NCBI GenBank assembly: GCA_051874735.1
Contig: JBJEGD010000026.1
Location: forward strand, 1-64,000
Length of the DNA stretch: 64,000 bases
Direction: 5' to 3'
From: Candidatus Bruticola sp.
GTDB taxonomy: Bacteria > Vulcanimicrobiota > Xenobia > Xenobiales > Xenobiaceae
The notes beneath the pieces were generated by a model. That model had not been told where the DNA came from. It did not search any database and worked only from the letters and a program-made list of their open reading frames with translations. Both the position numbers and the translations under genes were made by a program. Positions 50,839 through 61,290 of the stretch are shown piece by piece. Each line of letters starts with the position of its first letter. Position 1 is the first letter of the stretch.

Positions 50839-51301
50839 TAGTAAAACTCCTTTCAATGGAGGGAGAACTAATGAGATTATTTCTCAATAGCATTTCATAC
50901 AAAACAACTTCGTTATTATATTACCATTATATCACTAAGCAATGTTATTTAAAATGTGAACATTAAGACAATAAAGTTCTAATTGTGTATGCAATTTATA
51001 TTGTTCTGCATTATTTTATTTGATAAGTGTGCTGATGAGCTATCTTAATGAAGTGTATAGTTGATAATAAAATACAATTCGCTTTAATACTGTTTTTAAG
51101 TTTTTGATTGAGCAGATGAAGCTATTGCGCATTTGTATAAATTATTAACTTGCGAGGGCTAATTAAATGCTTGTCAGCTGCTTATTATCTAGTTCGTAAA
51201 AAACTGCGGCGTAAGTTGTTTTTTTAGTCTTTTTTCATTGTGATAAGCTAAGCTGAATGGGGAAGGAAAGCAAGCTGCGGTTGTACAATGCTCAGCGAAT
51301 T

Positions 51302-52132
51302 ATGGACAACGTTTCTACTACAGGATCTAACAATGAGCGGCTTCTTTCTGTTACGGAGTTTGCCGCCGCAATAGGTAAGACTGAGCGTCAAGTTTACCGT
51401 TACGTCAGTCAGGGTAGGATTGTTCCTCAGGAAGGAGGGGGCCGAGGCGGCATACGCATTCCTGAGAGTGAAGTAGCTACTTTTTTGGCTAATAATAATA
51501 ACAATAGTGCTTCTGGTTCCTGGGGACGTATTCGCAACAGACGCAGCCGTGAAGATAACTTTGAGAGCAGTTTGGAAAATGTCTCTTTGTCTGCTAGTGA
51601 CGCTGAACAGGCTATCGGTCGCAATGCAGATGAAGAAGGTAAGGTAAAAAGCTTTACTCAAAAAGATGGTACTGTTGGTACAGGCAGAACTGATGCTTCT
51701 GGCGAGGGAGCCTCTCCCGTATCCTTTGAATATGTTGATTCTTCAGATGATTTGGAGGAACAACTGGCCGATGATAGTGATGATACAGATGAAGTTGTGT
51801 CGGATTCGGGGGCTACTTTCCCTACTAGTGTACCTCTAGAACGTCATGAAGCGGCTGTAATGCGTTTGGGCTACATGCAGAGTCAGTTGGAGCAAGTGCA
51901 GCGTTTACTTACTGATGGTACACAGAAAGACAAAGAAAAAGATGAAAAGCTTCAGACGATGATGAAAGATCTCGATGAAGCTCAAAGAGAAATTTTGCGC
52001 TTAGGGGCCAAAATAGAAGCGGCTAACGAGAATCGTAAGGAAGCTGAAATGAGAGCTAATCATTTGGCTGTAAAGTTAGAAGCTGCTGAGCGTTTGGCTA
52101 ATCTTCCTTGGTGGAAGCGTATATTCTTGTAA
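51302..52132 (+). CDS. MerR/excisionase-like HTH protein with coiled coil and C-terminal PWWKRIFL helix
   Basis: LLSVTEFAAAIGKTERQVYRYVSQGRI HTH, an acidic linker and a heptad coiled coil. Start is 51257 or 51302. Confidence 0.7.
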   Translation: MDNVSTTGSNNERLLSVTEFAAAIGKTERQVYRYVSQGRIVPQEGGGRGGIRIPESEVATFLANNNNNSASGSWGRIRNRRSREDNFESSLENVSLSASDAEQAIGRNADEEGKVKSFTQKDGTVGTGRTDASGEGASPVSFEYVDSSDDLEEQLADDSDDTDEVVSDSGATFPTSVPLERHEAAVMRLGYMQSQLEQVQRLLTDGTQKDKEKDEKLQTMMKDLDEAQREILRLGAKIEAANENRKEAEMRANHLAVKLEAAERLANLPWWKRIFL

Positions 52133-52250
52133 TATTTTTGGTGTTTTTTAACTAATAAAAGGGCATACCTGCTTTTAGTCTAATAACGGCAAGGGGGAGG
52201 AATTTTATTAGCAGTTTAGGTCATATTTTAAAGGAGATAATGTTATCATT

Positions 52251-52628
52251 ATGAGTAGAGAGTTTTATATTTGTCGTCAGTGCGGAGTTATTGTAGGGTC
52301 TATGGAGCCTTTGGGCGCAGAGTTAATCTGTAATGGTCATCCTATGGAGCTGCTTAAAGCTGGCGCTCAGGATGCTTCTAAAGAGAAACATGTGCCTGAG
52401 GTTAAAGTTCAAGGCAATAGAGTTGAAGTTCAGGTGGGCAGTGTGCTTCATCCGTCTTCTGCTGAGCACTATATTCCTTGGGTATACTTAGAGACTGAAA
52501 AAGGCGGTCAGCGTAAATCTATTAAGCCTGGTGAGGAACCTAAGGCTGTGTTTGAGCTGGTCGATGATAAGCCATTGCGTGTTTATGCTTACTGTAATTT
52601 GCACGGTTTGTGGGTCGCAGAGCTGTAG
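52251..52628 (+). CDS. desulfoferrodoxin / superoxide reductase
   Basis: CxxCG, EKHVP, HP...EHYI.W and YCNLHGLW motifs. Confidence 0.93.
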   Translation: MSREFYICRQCGVIVGSMEPLGAELICNGHPMELLKAGAQDASKEKHVPEVKVQGNRVEVQVGSVLHPSSAEHYIPWVYLETEKGGQRKSIKPGEEPKAVFELVDDKPLRVYAYCNLHGLWVAEL

Positions 52629-52645
52629 GCAGAGCATTTATCAAT

Positions 52646-52688
52646 AAAAAAATCGGCCCTCTGCAAAAAGCAGAGGGCCGATTTTTTT
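52646..52688. terminator. bidirectional terminator
   Basis: aaaaaaatcggccctctgc/gcagagggccgattttttt. Confidence 0.92.
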
Positions 52689-52694
52689 AGTTTA

Positions 52695-53381
52695 TTAAAT
52701 AGAAGCGACCTTCTTAGAAGAAGCTCTCTCTTTGTATAAAGGCAGGTATTCAGCCAACACTTCGCTGTCGGGATATCTGGAAGCTAATTTATCGTAAATT
52801 TTGATAGCTTGATCCGCTTTGTTCTGAGCTTCGCAGAGACTGTACTCTATATGAGCTAAAGCTGTAGTAACAACATAAGAGTTAGGATATTTAGAAATGA
52901 ACTCTTGCATTACAGCTGGAACCCTCTTGACATCGAGTGCCTTCTCGCTCATATAACCATCTATGTCGTTAGGATTTTTCTTTTCGTAGGCTGCTTTAAG
53001 ATCTATTTCTAAAATAACTAAATGCTGCCAGGCCTGACGGTCGGAAGGATCTACTTGAGCTACCACAGCGCTATTTCCGAAAGTTTTTTCGTTTTCAATG
53101 TAGAGGGGCTGCTCTAAAACTTCACTCTTGTAGCGGGCAAAAGTCATGGCCTTGACTAAGTCGTAAGTAGCTAAATCTTCTTGAATGTACTTATCGCTTT
53201 CATTTTTATCAACAATTACCAAATGACCCTGCTGTACTTTTTTAGTTAAGTCTTTAGAAAAGAGGGAAGCTACATCCCTTTTGGCAACTATGGACTTTGA
53301 GGTGGTGTTAAAACCAAAAAACATATTTACTACCCACAGCAGCACTGCAAAAACAACGATTATTTTTATAAATTTTACCAT
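52695..53381 (-). CDS. membrane-anchored hypothetical protein with C-terminal TPR/BamD-like repeats
   Basis: N-terminal TM helix; FISKYPNS and LASRYPDS repeats. Confidence 0.55.
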   Translation of the reverse strand: MVKFIKIIVVFAVLLWVVNMFFGFNTTSKSIVAKRDVASLFSKDLTKKVQQGHLVIVDKNESDKYIQEDLATYDLVKAMTFARYKSEVLEQPLYIENEKTFGNSAVVAQVDPSDRQAWQHLVILEIDLKAAYEKKNPNDIDGYMSEKALDVKRVPAVMQEFISKYPNSYVVTTALAHIEYSLCEAQNKADQAIKIYDKLASRYPDSEVLAEYLPLYKERASSKKVASI

Positions 53382-53620
53382 AGCTCTCTCTTAGACAGCA
53401 TCACGCTGCATTTTTTTCTTAAAAAATTATACCAAAAAAATCGCACTCAAATAACGAGTCCTTTCTTAAATAGAAGCTCGACTCAAAAGGCGATCTCTAA
53501 TAGAAATTATACTTTTAGTTGAAATATCCCACCTGTTCATTAATTATCTAGAGATAATATCTAGCTTTACTAAGGCTTGAAAAATTTTTTTTACCTAATT
53601 TACAGAAAAAAAGGCATAAA

Positions 53621-53657
53621 AAATGCCGAATCACGATTTTTATCTGATTCGGCATTT
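53621..53657 (-). terminator. terminator after lipoprotein gene
   Basis: aaatgccgaatca/tgattcggcattt. Confidence 0.75.
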
Positions 53658-53705
53658 CTTATTTTTTTACTATCTAACGGCCTCTACACAAACAACGGTC
53701 GGCCA

Positions 53706-55289
53706 TTATAAAGTTTGAATGCTAGTCTGATAGCAGTAAACATGACTTCTATCGGTATTGACGTCGCTGCCCCAATTCCAGTGAGTAGTGAACATGAACT
53801 GAACGGGATACTGACCATCAACCTCATCAGACGGATAAGATATCAAACCAAAAGGATCGACCAGTTTGTCAAGTATATCAATATTTGACTTGTTGACGAT
53901 CTTTTTAGATTTGGCATCGTAGCGAACAAAGCTGAGCGTACCTTTAAGCTGAGGATTGTTGTAAAGGGTTGTGGTTCCAGTTGTAAGGTAAGCCAAATCG
54001 AGATAGCGCTTCTGATCGTCGTTCAAAGGATTCGTGAGGTTCAAGCTTACAGGGTACTGCAAGTTGTCGAGAATCATTTCGTACTCGGGATCGTTGACAC
54101 GCAAGTTGTCTAATGTCTCATCATATCTGGTCTTGTATTTGTAGATCCAGAGAGCACCGTCGGTAGCTGATTTGGTAGCACGGCCGTAGCAATCTAGGGC
54201 GAAACCGCTGGAAATAGCTAAATACTGGTTGCCTGCGCCATCGTTATCTTCTACGTTCTTTATCCAAACCAGATCGTAAGGGTTGAGGCGATCGCTGTAG
54301 CGATTTTCAGGAGTAATGTAGTTTATGAACTTAGGATTGGTCAAGCCTGTTCCGTATTTATGATCGGAGCTTCTGAGGTCATCTTCCGTTCTATTATTAA
54401 CAAACAAATAAATCCTACCGTCTCCCTGGCAGCTAACAGTAGCGTAAGGGCCTGATGAAGCGTTGATCATAGACGGATAATTTAAGCCACTCACGGCAAT
54501 GCCCAAGTGGTTTTCGTCTTTTAGACTAGTTTTCTCCAGGAAGTCTTCCTCGAAAGCAATGAACTTAACGGTGCCGTTCTCTACGTAATCTGTCCAAAAT
54601 AGAGTATTTACAGCGTTTTCTTCGTGACTGAAGCTCTGCCTACCAAAAGAGCAGACTAGAGGGCAAGTGGTTGAAAGAGCAGTACCGTAGTCGAATACGT
54701 TTACAGCTTTAGCTTCGTTCCAACCGTCAGCGCGGCTTCCTAAGCTCATAAGATAAACAGCCTTCTTTGTTCCCAAATCGGTAACTGCTAAATAGAGTAT
54801 GTCGTCATCGGGATTATTAGGGGTATTGGAATCGTTGATCATACCCGTAATGTAGAAAGGATTCTCAAAAGTGTTATTTTTGTCAAAAGTATTGTTGCCT
54901 ACGCGGAAGCGAACCGGAACTTCTTTAGGCTCTTCTTCTTTAGAACCTATACTATATTTTATCAGTCGGTACTTGCACTGCTGACTACTTAAACCGCTGC
55001 CGCCAGCATAAAAACCCTGAAGGGTGTAAATATTATCTTCGTCGTCGAGATACTGATAAGTAGGATTATGAATATCTCTGTTAGCTAGGGCATCGTAAAG
55101 CTCATCTTGGACTGGCTCCGGAGGGGCCGGAGGTTCAGGTGTAGTTGTGGAGGTCGGAGCTATGCTCGTGTTGGTGGGGAATGGATCCAACACGCCCATA
55201 CCGCTACCTGAGCCCCCGCAACCAATTACTGAGAGAGATACTGCTGATAGAACTGAAAAAATGGCAATGCCTAATCCGTGCCTCACCAT
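53706..55289 (-). CDS. hypothetical lipoprotein, possibly beta-propeller
   Basis: Lipobox VIG-C followed by a G/S and P/T linker. Repeated L..P blade-like motifs (SGLNYP, TGLTNP, DNLQYP, DKLVDP). Confidence 0.6.
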   Translation of the reverse strand: MVRHGLGIAIFSVLSAVSLSVIGCGGSGSGMGVLDPFPTNTSIAPTSTTTPEPPAPPEPVQDELYDALANRDIHNPTYQYLDDEDNIYTLQGFYAGGSGLSSQQCKYRLIKYSIGSKEEEPKEVPVRFRVGNNTFDKNNTFENPFYITGMINDSNTPNNPDDDILYLAVTDLGTKKAVYLMSLGSRADGWNEAKAVNVFDYGTALSTTCPLVCSFGRQSFSHEENAVNTLFWTDYVENGTVKFIAFEEDFLEKTSLKDENHLGIAVSGLNYPSMINASSGPYATVSCQGDGRIYLFVNNRTEDDLRSSDHKYGTGLTNPKFINYITPENRYSDRLNPYDLVWIKNVEDNDGAGNQYLAISSGFALDCYGRATKSATDGALWIYKYKTRYDETLDNLRVNDPEYEMILDNLQYPVSLNLTNPLNDDQKRYLDLAYLTTGTTTLYNNPQLKGTLSFVRYDAKSKKIVNKSNIDILDKLVDPFGLISYPSDEVDGQYPVQFMFTTHWNWGSDVNTDRSHVYCYQTSIQTL

Positions 55290-55489
55290 TTACCTCCTGG
55301 TAATAGATACTTTTAATTTTTTTTTAGCTTAATTTGCTATGCTGAACAGCGACAGAAAACTCTTCCGCCGCTGGAGGGGCTCCGTTTCGGAAGCCGGGTT
55401 ATAAGCGACAAATATGTTTGTTAGCCATAAATGAAGTTTCCCCCGGCTTCTTTTACAAAGCGGAGGAAACAACATATTTTTTTTACTAG

Positions 55490-57568
55490 TTAGGCTTGTT
55501 TTTCAGCTGCCGCCTTAGCTTCGGCAATTACCTGCTCCGCTACCATAGGCGGAGTCTCTTCGTAATGGTCAAATTCCATAACGAAGGAGCCGCGTCCTTG
55601 AGTAATACTGCGCAGGTCGATGGCGTAGCGCTGCATCTCTGCCAAAGGAACTTGAGCGTTAATGCACTGCAGACCGTGGCCGATAGGATCCATGCCACTG
55701 ATTCTGCCGCGCTTAGAGTTGAGATCGCCGATTACATCGCCCATATAAGAGTCGGGAACGGTAACTTCAACATTAACAATAGGCTCTAAGATGACAGGCT
55801 TGGCTTTGGGAGCGCCGTTCTTGAATGCTTGCATACCGGCAATCTGGAAGGCCATATCAGAGGAGTCCACTTCGTGCATCTTGCCATCGAAGAGACGAAC
55901 TTTGACATCTACTACGGGGTTGCCGGCTAATATACCGCTCTCCATAGCTTTGCGTACGCCTTTTTCTACTGCAGGTATATAGTTCTTGGAAACTACACCG
56001 CCGACGATATTGTCTTCAAATACGAAACCGCTGCCTGAAGGAAGGCCGCTGATTTCAATGCTGACTTGGGCAAATTGACCGCGTCCGCCCGCTTGTTTCT
56101 TGTGACGATAGTCTTCAGAAACCTTACCTTTAATAGTTTCGCGATAAGGAATTTTGCGAGCATAGAGCTCTACGTCTACGCCCATTCTCTTGAGACGCTC
56201 AACGCAAAGGTCGAGCTGTACATCGCCGATACCTGTAAGAATACTCTGGTGGGTCTCTTCTACGCGATCCAGCTTAAGAGTGGGATCCTCTTGGAGCAGA
56301 CGCTGTAAGTTAGCAGAAAGTTTGTCCTCATCAGCTTTAGATTTCGCTCTGATAGCTCTAGAGAAGAAGGGACGAGGCAAGTCTAACCCGGGCAACACTA
56401 CCTTGCGGGAAGCGTCAGAAAGAGTTTCACCGGTAGCAGAAGCGCCTAAGCGACCCACAGCTACAATGTCGCCGGCAGGAGCTTCCGCGACTTTTTCCTG
56501 GCTCTTACCGCGAATGGAAAGTAAACTGCCGATCTTCTCATCAGTGCCGCGCGACAAATTGTGCAACACGCTGTCAGGACGCAAAGTGCCGGAGAAGACG
56601 CGCATATAAGAAATTTTTCCTACGTAGGGATCAGAACTGGTTTTGAAGATGAGAGCTACAGCGGGAGCCTTAGAATCGGCAGCAATATCTACATCGTTGC
56701 CATCACCGTCTTTAGCTACTGTGTCAGCAGTAGGAGCAGGAGCGTAATTTATGACGGCGTCAGCTAATAAGCTGATACCTTTAAGCGTTATAGAGGAACC
56801 GCACAGAGCCGGTACAATCGTACCATTCGCCACTAAAATTTTGAGGCCGGCCTTGATCTCATCAACAGAGAGTTCCATGGCTTCAAAATATTTTTCAGTG
56901 AGCTCATCAGTTGCCTCAGCGGCGACTTCAACGAGCTGCTCGCGATAGGACTCAACCTCATCGGCCATATCAGCGGGAATAGCAATCTCTGTAGGCACGC
57001 CCTTGGCGCCAAAAGAATATGCTTTCTGATCGATGAGATCTATTACACCACTGAAGCTATCAGCAGCACCTATGGGAAGCTGAATGGGAACAACACGAGC
57101 TCCTTTGAGCTTCTCTTTAGATTCATCAATTAAGTGATGGAAATTTGCATTCTCTTTATCCATCTTGTTGATGAACATAAGGCGGGCTTTGGAACGGGCT
57201 TCGCATAAATCCCAAATTTTCTCCATGCCGACTTCTGTACCGGAGTTAGCAGCAGCCACTAAAATGGCGCATTCGACAACTCTGAGAGCCCCAAGGCTCT
57301 CAGATACGAAATCGAAGAATCCTGGAGTGTCGATAACATTTATTTTGTTCTCTTTCCACTCTATAGGAACCAAAGCGGAGAACACGCTCATAGCGCGCTT
57401 AATCTCGTCAGGATCAAAGTCGGCTGTGGTATTGCCGCTTTCAATTTTGCCAAGTCTGTCGATGGCGCCTGAGGTGTAAAGCAAGGCTTCAGCTAAAGAA
57501 GTTTTGCCGGCTCCTTGGTGGCCGAATAATCCAATATTGCGAATCTTTTCTGTGTGATAAATGTTCAC
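55490..57568 (-). CDS. fusA: elongation factor G paralog (EF-G2 type)
   Basis: GHQGAGKT, DTPGFFDF, NKMD, KKQAGGRGQF and HEVDSS motifs; not flanked by rpsL/rpsG/tuf. Confidence 0.92.
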   Translation of the reverse strand: MNIYHTEKIRNIGLFGHQGAGKTSLAEALLYTSGAIDRLGKIESGNTTADFDPDEIKRAMSVFSALVPIEWKENKINVIDTPGFFDFVSESLGALRVVECAILVAAANSGTEVGMEKIWDLCEARSKARLMFINKMDKENANFHHLIDESKEKLKGARVVPIQLPIGAADSFSGVIDLIDQKAYSFGAKGVPTEIAIPADMADEVESYREQLVEVAAEATDELTEKYFEAMELSVDEIKAGLKILVANGTIVPALCGSSITLKGISLLADAVINYAPAPTADTVAKDGDGNDVDIAADSKAPAVALIFKTSSDPYVGKISYMRVFSGTLRPDSVLHNLSRGTDEKIGSLLSIRGKSQEKVAEAPAGDIVAVGRLGASATGETLSDASRKVVLPGLDLPRPFFSRAIRAKSKADEDKLSANLQRLLQEDPTLKLDRVEETHQSILTGIGDVQLDLCVERLKRMGVDVELYARKIPYRETIKGKVSEDYRHKKQAGGRGQFAQVSIEISGLPSGSGFVFEDNIVGGVVSKNYIPAVEKGVRKAMESGILAGNPVVDVKVRLFDGKMHEVDSSDMAFQIAGMQAFKNGAPKAKPVILEPIVNVEVTVPDSYMGDVIGDLNSKRGRISGMDPIGHGLQCINAQVPLAEMQRYAIDLRSITQGRGSFVMEFDHYEETPPMVAEQVIAEAKAAAEKQA

Positions 57569-57598
57569 TAGCGGTCCCTCCGTACCGGGCGGGTCAAA

Positions 57599-57832
57599 TT
57601 ATTCTGCTGTAGCAGGGGTTTCTTCGGCAGCAGTCTCTACAGCGGCTTCTGCGGGTTTATTTTTGGGCTGATAACCTTCACGGTACTCGATGGGAATATA
57701 CTTGCCTTCTTTTACGGCAACTTCTCTGAGCCATCTGGCGCCGCCAATGCGTACCCAATCCTGACCTTCGATAGGAGCGCAGGACTTGCGGCATTTAGCT
57801 GGGGCGTTCTTTTTCGGCTTAGCAACAGACAT
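57599..57832 (-). CDS. small hypothetical protein
   Basis: 77 aa with a strong GGAGGT RBS; ends 30 nt upstream of fusA on the same strand. Confidence 0.65.
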   Translation of the reverse strand: MSVAKPKKNAPAKCRKSCAPIEGQDWVRIGGARWLREVAVKEGKYIPIEYREGYQPKNKPAEAAVETAAEETPATAE

Positions 57833-58006
57833 TTTAAATTAATACCTCCGTATTACAGCGCCAATACCGCAACTTTATGCCTAGAAAGTCGGCTGGCGCA
57901 GAAACTTATAATGAAACGATATTATTACACAAATTTAGTAATTTTACAAAATTCTGTAAGCTTTTCTTTTACCTTAATGTTTATCCTTCTTGTGGAGGTA
58001 CTAATT

Positions 58007-58402
58007 TTAGTCCTCATTCCTGTAAGCGATAGCTTCTACTTCTATTTTGACGCCTTTGGGGAGTGCGGCTGCCTGAATGGCAGAGCGGGCCGGCGCATTG
58101 TCAGTAAAAAATTGAGCATATACTTCGTTAAATTCTGCAAAATCGGCTATATTGTCTAAAAAACAGGTAGTTTTTAACACTTTAGAAAGATCGCTGCCAG
58201 CAGCTTCCAGTACGTTTTGCAGGTTTTTTAGCGCCTGCTTTGTTTGTTCTGCTGTTGTTGCACCTACTATCGTTCCATTTTGAGGATCTAGAGGGATTTG
58301 ACCTGAACAGAAGACCAAATTCCCCCAGCATACGGCTTGAGAGTAGGGCCCTATAGCTTGAGGAGCTTGGTTAGAGATAACTATTTCTTGTTTGAGTTCC
58401 AT
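58007..58402 (-). CDS. ridA: RidA-family reactive intermediate deaminase
   Basis: APQAIGPYSQAV, SGQIP, PARS and LPKGVKIEVEAIA motifs. Confidence 0.95.
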   Translation of the reverse strand: MELKQEIVISNQAPQAIGPYSQAVCWGNLVFCSGQIPLDPQNGTIVGATTAEQTKQALKNLQNVLEAAGSDLSKVLKTTCFLDNIADFAEFNEVYAQFFTDNAPARSAIQAAALPKGVKIEVEAIAYRNED

Positions 58403-58637
58403 GGTACAGACTAATTTCTCCTTAAATAGTTATTAGTTTGCAAGTTAGGTATTTTTTTGGAAAAAAACTTTATATACCCAATTGTTAATTATTAGGATTG
58501 AGCGTCATTATATCAATTAGGAATCCCAATTGAATACAGATCAGAAGTTAAAGTAGTGGAAGGGAAGATAAGTCCAAATTGTAGAAAATCGGGAGGCTTT
58601 GTTTTTTTTATCCGATAAATTATAGAGAGCTTATGCT

Positions 58638-60494
58638 GTGAAAGAGAAAGTTGCTATTTCTTGTACCGCAGAGTTTAATACGGCTTTAAAGAGCGGGGCT
58701 GTCGCCTTTATATTGAGCTTGTTACTGTACTTTTGGGCCATGGCCCCGGCCCTTCCGCCAGGTTTTGACAGCGCTGAGCTGATTAGTGCTTGTGCATCAG
58801 GAGGGATCGCTCATCCTCCTGGTTATCCTCTGTACACTATGCTTGGATGGGGGCTTTGTTCGTTAAATATAGCTGAACCAGCTTTAACTATGAATGCCTT
58901 TTCTGCCTGCTGCAGTGCCTTAACCTGCGGAGGCATCGCTTTTACTGCAACTTTGCTATTAGATTCAGCTGCAGCCGCTTTAGTTGCTGCTTTGCTTTTC
59001 GGCTTCGCTTTGAGTCCTTGGCGGATGGCTGTGGGAGCTGAGGTCTTTTCACTTCATTTGCTTTTTCTAAGTTTTTTAATAGCTGCGGCTGCAGTTTATA
59101 AGCTGTTTCCTGAGCATCGTTTCGCACTGATATGTTTGATAAGTTTTGTATTGGGACTTTCTTTAAGCCACCATCATACTTCTATTTTGCTTGTGCCGGG
59201 ATTAGTTCTTTATATTTATCTTTGTCAAAAAAATGGGGCTAATTTCAGTCGCGCAAGTTCGAAAACGGGCTTAAATTCCTATATTGACTCTTTAATTAAG
59301 CCAGGGGTAATAGCGATCATCTGTTTCTTGGTCGGTTTATTGCCTTATTTTTGGCTTATTCTGCGTGCTCAGTATTTAACTGCCAATGCTGATTCTTCGA
59401 CAGCCTTTAATTGGGGAAATCCTTCAAATTGGAAAAATTTTTGGTGGGTAATTTCCAGAAGTGGATACGGCAGTTTACAGCTTAGTACTAAAGGGGATGG
59501 TGCGTCCTCTTCTGCTTCTCTGTTTTATTGGGGCTATTCTTTGGCTGCTTTGCAGTTTAAATTGCCAGGAATAATTTTAGGACTATTCGGTTTAGTAATG
59601 GTTTGGCGTAAGTATCGGGCTGAGTTCTGGCTTTGGGGACTTCTTTTGCTTTTGTCTGGTCCTTGCTGGGCTCTATACGCTGCTCAGCCAGATTCTTTGG
59701 GATATAAAGAAATGATGGAGCGTTTTTACTGCGCTTCTTATTTGGCCTTTAGTTTTTTTATTGCTGCTGGAGTTGTTACATTTTGGCAAAAGTTTAGCTC
59801 TGCTTTTGGGAAAGTTTTTTGGGGGCAGGCCGTTATTTTATTGGCTTTAATATGGTCTTTGGCCAGTAACTGGATTGGCGCTTCTGAACGCGGTCAATAT
59901 TTAGTAAATGATACTATAAAATGTATGGCAGATTCTATCCCTGATAACGGTATAGCAGTGATGCAGAATGATGCCGTCTGCGGGGGTATGTTGTATGCTA
60001 AAACTGTATGGAAGCGCAAATTTATGGTAATACCTGTGGGAGTGTGTCGCTCCCAGTGGTTTATAGAATCTCTACCTGAGAAATACCGGCTAATTTTGCA
60101 ATATCAGGGACTGAGTGCTTTTTTAGAAAGGGCTTGGCGCGATGGTCATCCCGTTTATTTTGACGACGAGCAGACGGCGGGGCAATGCGGTTTGGAATAC
60201 GCTTCTCGTCATAATGTAGTGCGGTGTGGGCTGCTCTTTCGTTATGAAATGAATGGAGAACACATATACAGTTCTGAGAGGCAGTTAGACCTTTTCCGTG
60301 AGCAAGAATTTAAAAAATTACAACAAGCCCAAAAAATGTGCCGTTCGTTGGAATTAAAAAATATAGAGGTGCGTCCCTTCTGGCATCAGTTTATGTTTTA
60401 CCGATGGGAGCGCACCTATAAAGTTCTGCATAGTTCAAAACTTAGCCGTATAGAAGAATTTTGTCTGCAGGCTGAAAAATCAAAGCTCAGATAG
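58638..60494 (+). CDS. DUF2723-family membrane protein (GT-C / TMEM260-like putative glycosyltransferase)
   Basis: DSAEL...GIAHPPGYPLY, AEVFSLH, LSHHHT and NWGNP motifs with many TM helices. Confidence 0.85.
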   Translation: MKEKVAISCTAEFNTALKSGAVAFILSLLLYFWAMAPALPPGFDSAELISACASGGIAHPPGYPLYTMLGWGLCSLNIAEPALTMNAFSACCSALTCGGIAFTATLLLDSAAAALVAALLFGFALSPWRMAVGAEVFSLHLLFLSFLIAAAAVYKLFPEHRFALICLISFVLGLSLSHHHTSILLVPGLVLYIYLCQKNGANFSRASSKTGLNSYIDSLIKPGVIAIICFLVGLLPYFWLILRAQYLTANADSSTAFNWGNPSNWKNFWWVISRSGYGSLQLSTKGDGASSSASLFYWGYSLAALQFKLPGIILGLFGLVMVWRKYRAEFWLWGLLLLLSGPCWALYAAQPDSLGYKEMMERFYCASYLAFSFFIAAGVVTFWQKFSSAFGKVFWGQAVILLALIWSLASNWIGASERGQYLVNDTIKCMADSIPDNGIAVMQNDAVCGGMLYAKTVWKRKFMVIPVGVCRSQWFIESLPEKYRLILQYQGLSAFLERAWRDGHPVYFDDEQTAGQCGLEYASRHNVVRCGLLFRYEMNGEHIYSSERQLDLFREQEFKKLQQAQKMCRSLELKNIEVRPFWHQFMFYRWERTYKVLHSSKLSRIEEFCLQAEKSKLR

Positions 60495-61290
60495 AGCTCT
60501 CCATACGTTTTCTGGCTTGTAATAAAGAAACCGCATCATCAATATTGTAAGCTGTTTCTGCATAGGAGCTAATAATGCCGCAACAAGGCTGCTTAAGCAG
60601 CCTTGTTGCGGCTTCTTCAATCATGGGTATGGTCAGGCGTCCTATCAAAAAATAAAAGAAAAGCTTAAAACCTAATATTTTGGCAATTTTCCAAGGATTT
60701 TTACGAGCATTAGTTACTTCTGATATGGCTGTTTGTATAGCCTCAGCAGCATTGGCTCTAATACAGGTTAAGCCTCCGCCACAAAAAGTGCCTTCGGCTA
60801 ACTTCACCCAAGTATGTTTTAACTCAGGATATTTAGCTATGGAAACTTTTTTATCTAAAAAGGCATACCAAAGTACATTATTGGATTTTTGAGCACATTT
60901 ATCCAAAAACTCGTCAACTGATTCACTAGTAAGGAAAGGAAGATCTCCTGCCACCAAAAGTACCGGATCATCATTAGAAGGAACCGCTTTTAAGCCGGAA
61001 AAAAGTGAGCTAATCAAGTTAGAACCGGCTGGGGCAACCTCATCGACCCCTTCCCATTCAGCTCCCAGCTCATCTTTTTTTAATGGGCTGACCAATACAA
61101 TTCGACCCACTTTGGAAGAAGTGCGTAAGGCTCGCAAAGTGTGAGCACTCATAGGAAGACTGCCCACCATTATGTGGCCTTTACCTTTCGTTTTAGGCTC
61201 ACTAGCTGGTAAATCTTTTATAGAACCTCCCGCCAAAAGTATAACGTTTAGCGGAGTTTTGAAATCGGAGGGGATATAAGATTTATTCAT
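60487..61290 (-). CDS. MobA-like NTP transferase family protein
   Basis: ILLAGG and GDLPFL motifs; lies downstream of ispE. Confidence 0.75.
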   Translation of the reverse strand: MNKSYIPSDFKTPLNVILLAGGSIKDLPASEPKTKGKGHIMVGSLPMSAHTLRALRTSSKVGRIVLVSPLKKDELGAEWEGVDEVAPAGSNLISSLFSGLKAVPSNDDPVLLVAGDLPFLTSESVDEFLDKCAQKSNNVLWYAFLDKKVSIAKYPELKHTWVKLAEGTFCGGGLTCIRANAAEAIQTAISEVTNARKNPWKIAKILGFKLFFYFLIGRLTIPMIEEAATRLLKQPCCGIISSYAETAYNIDDAVSLLQARKRMESSI

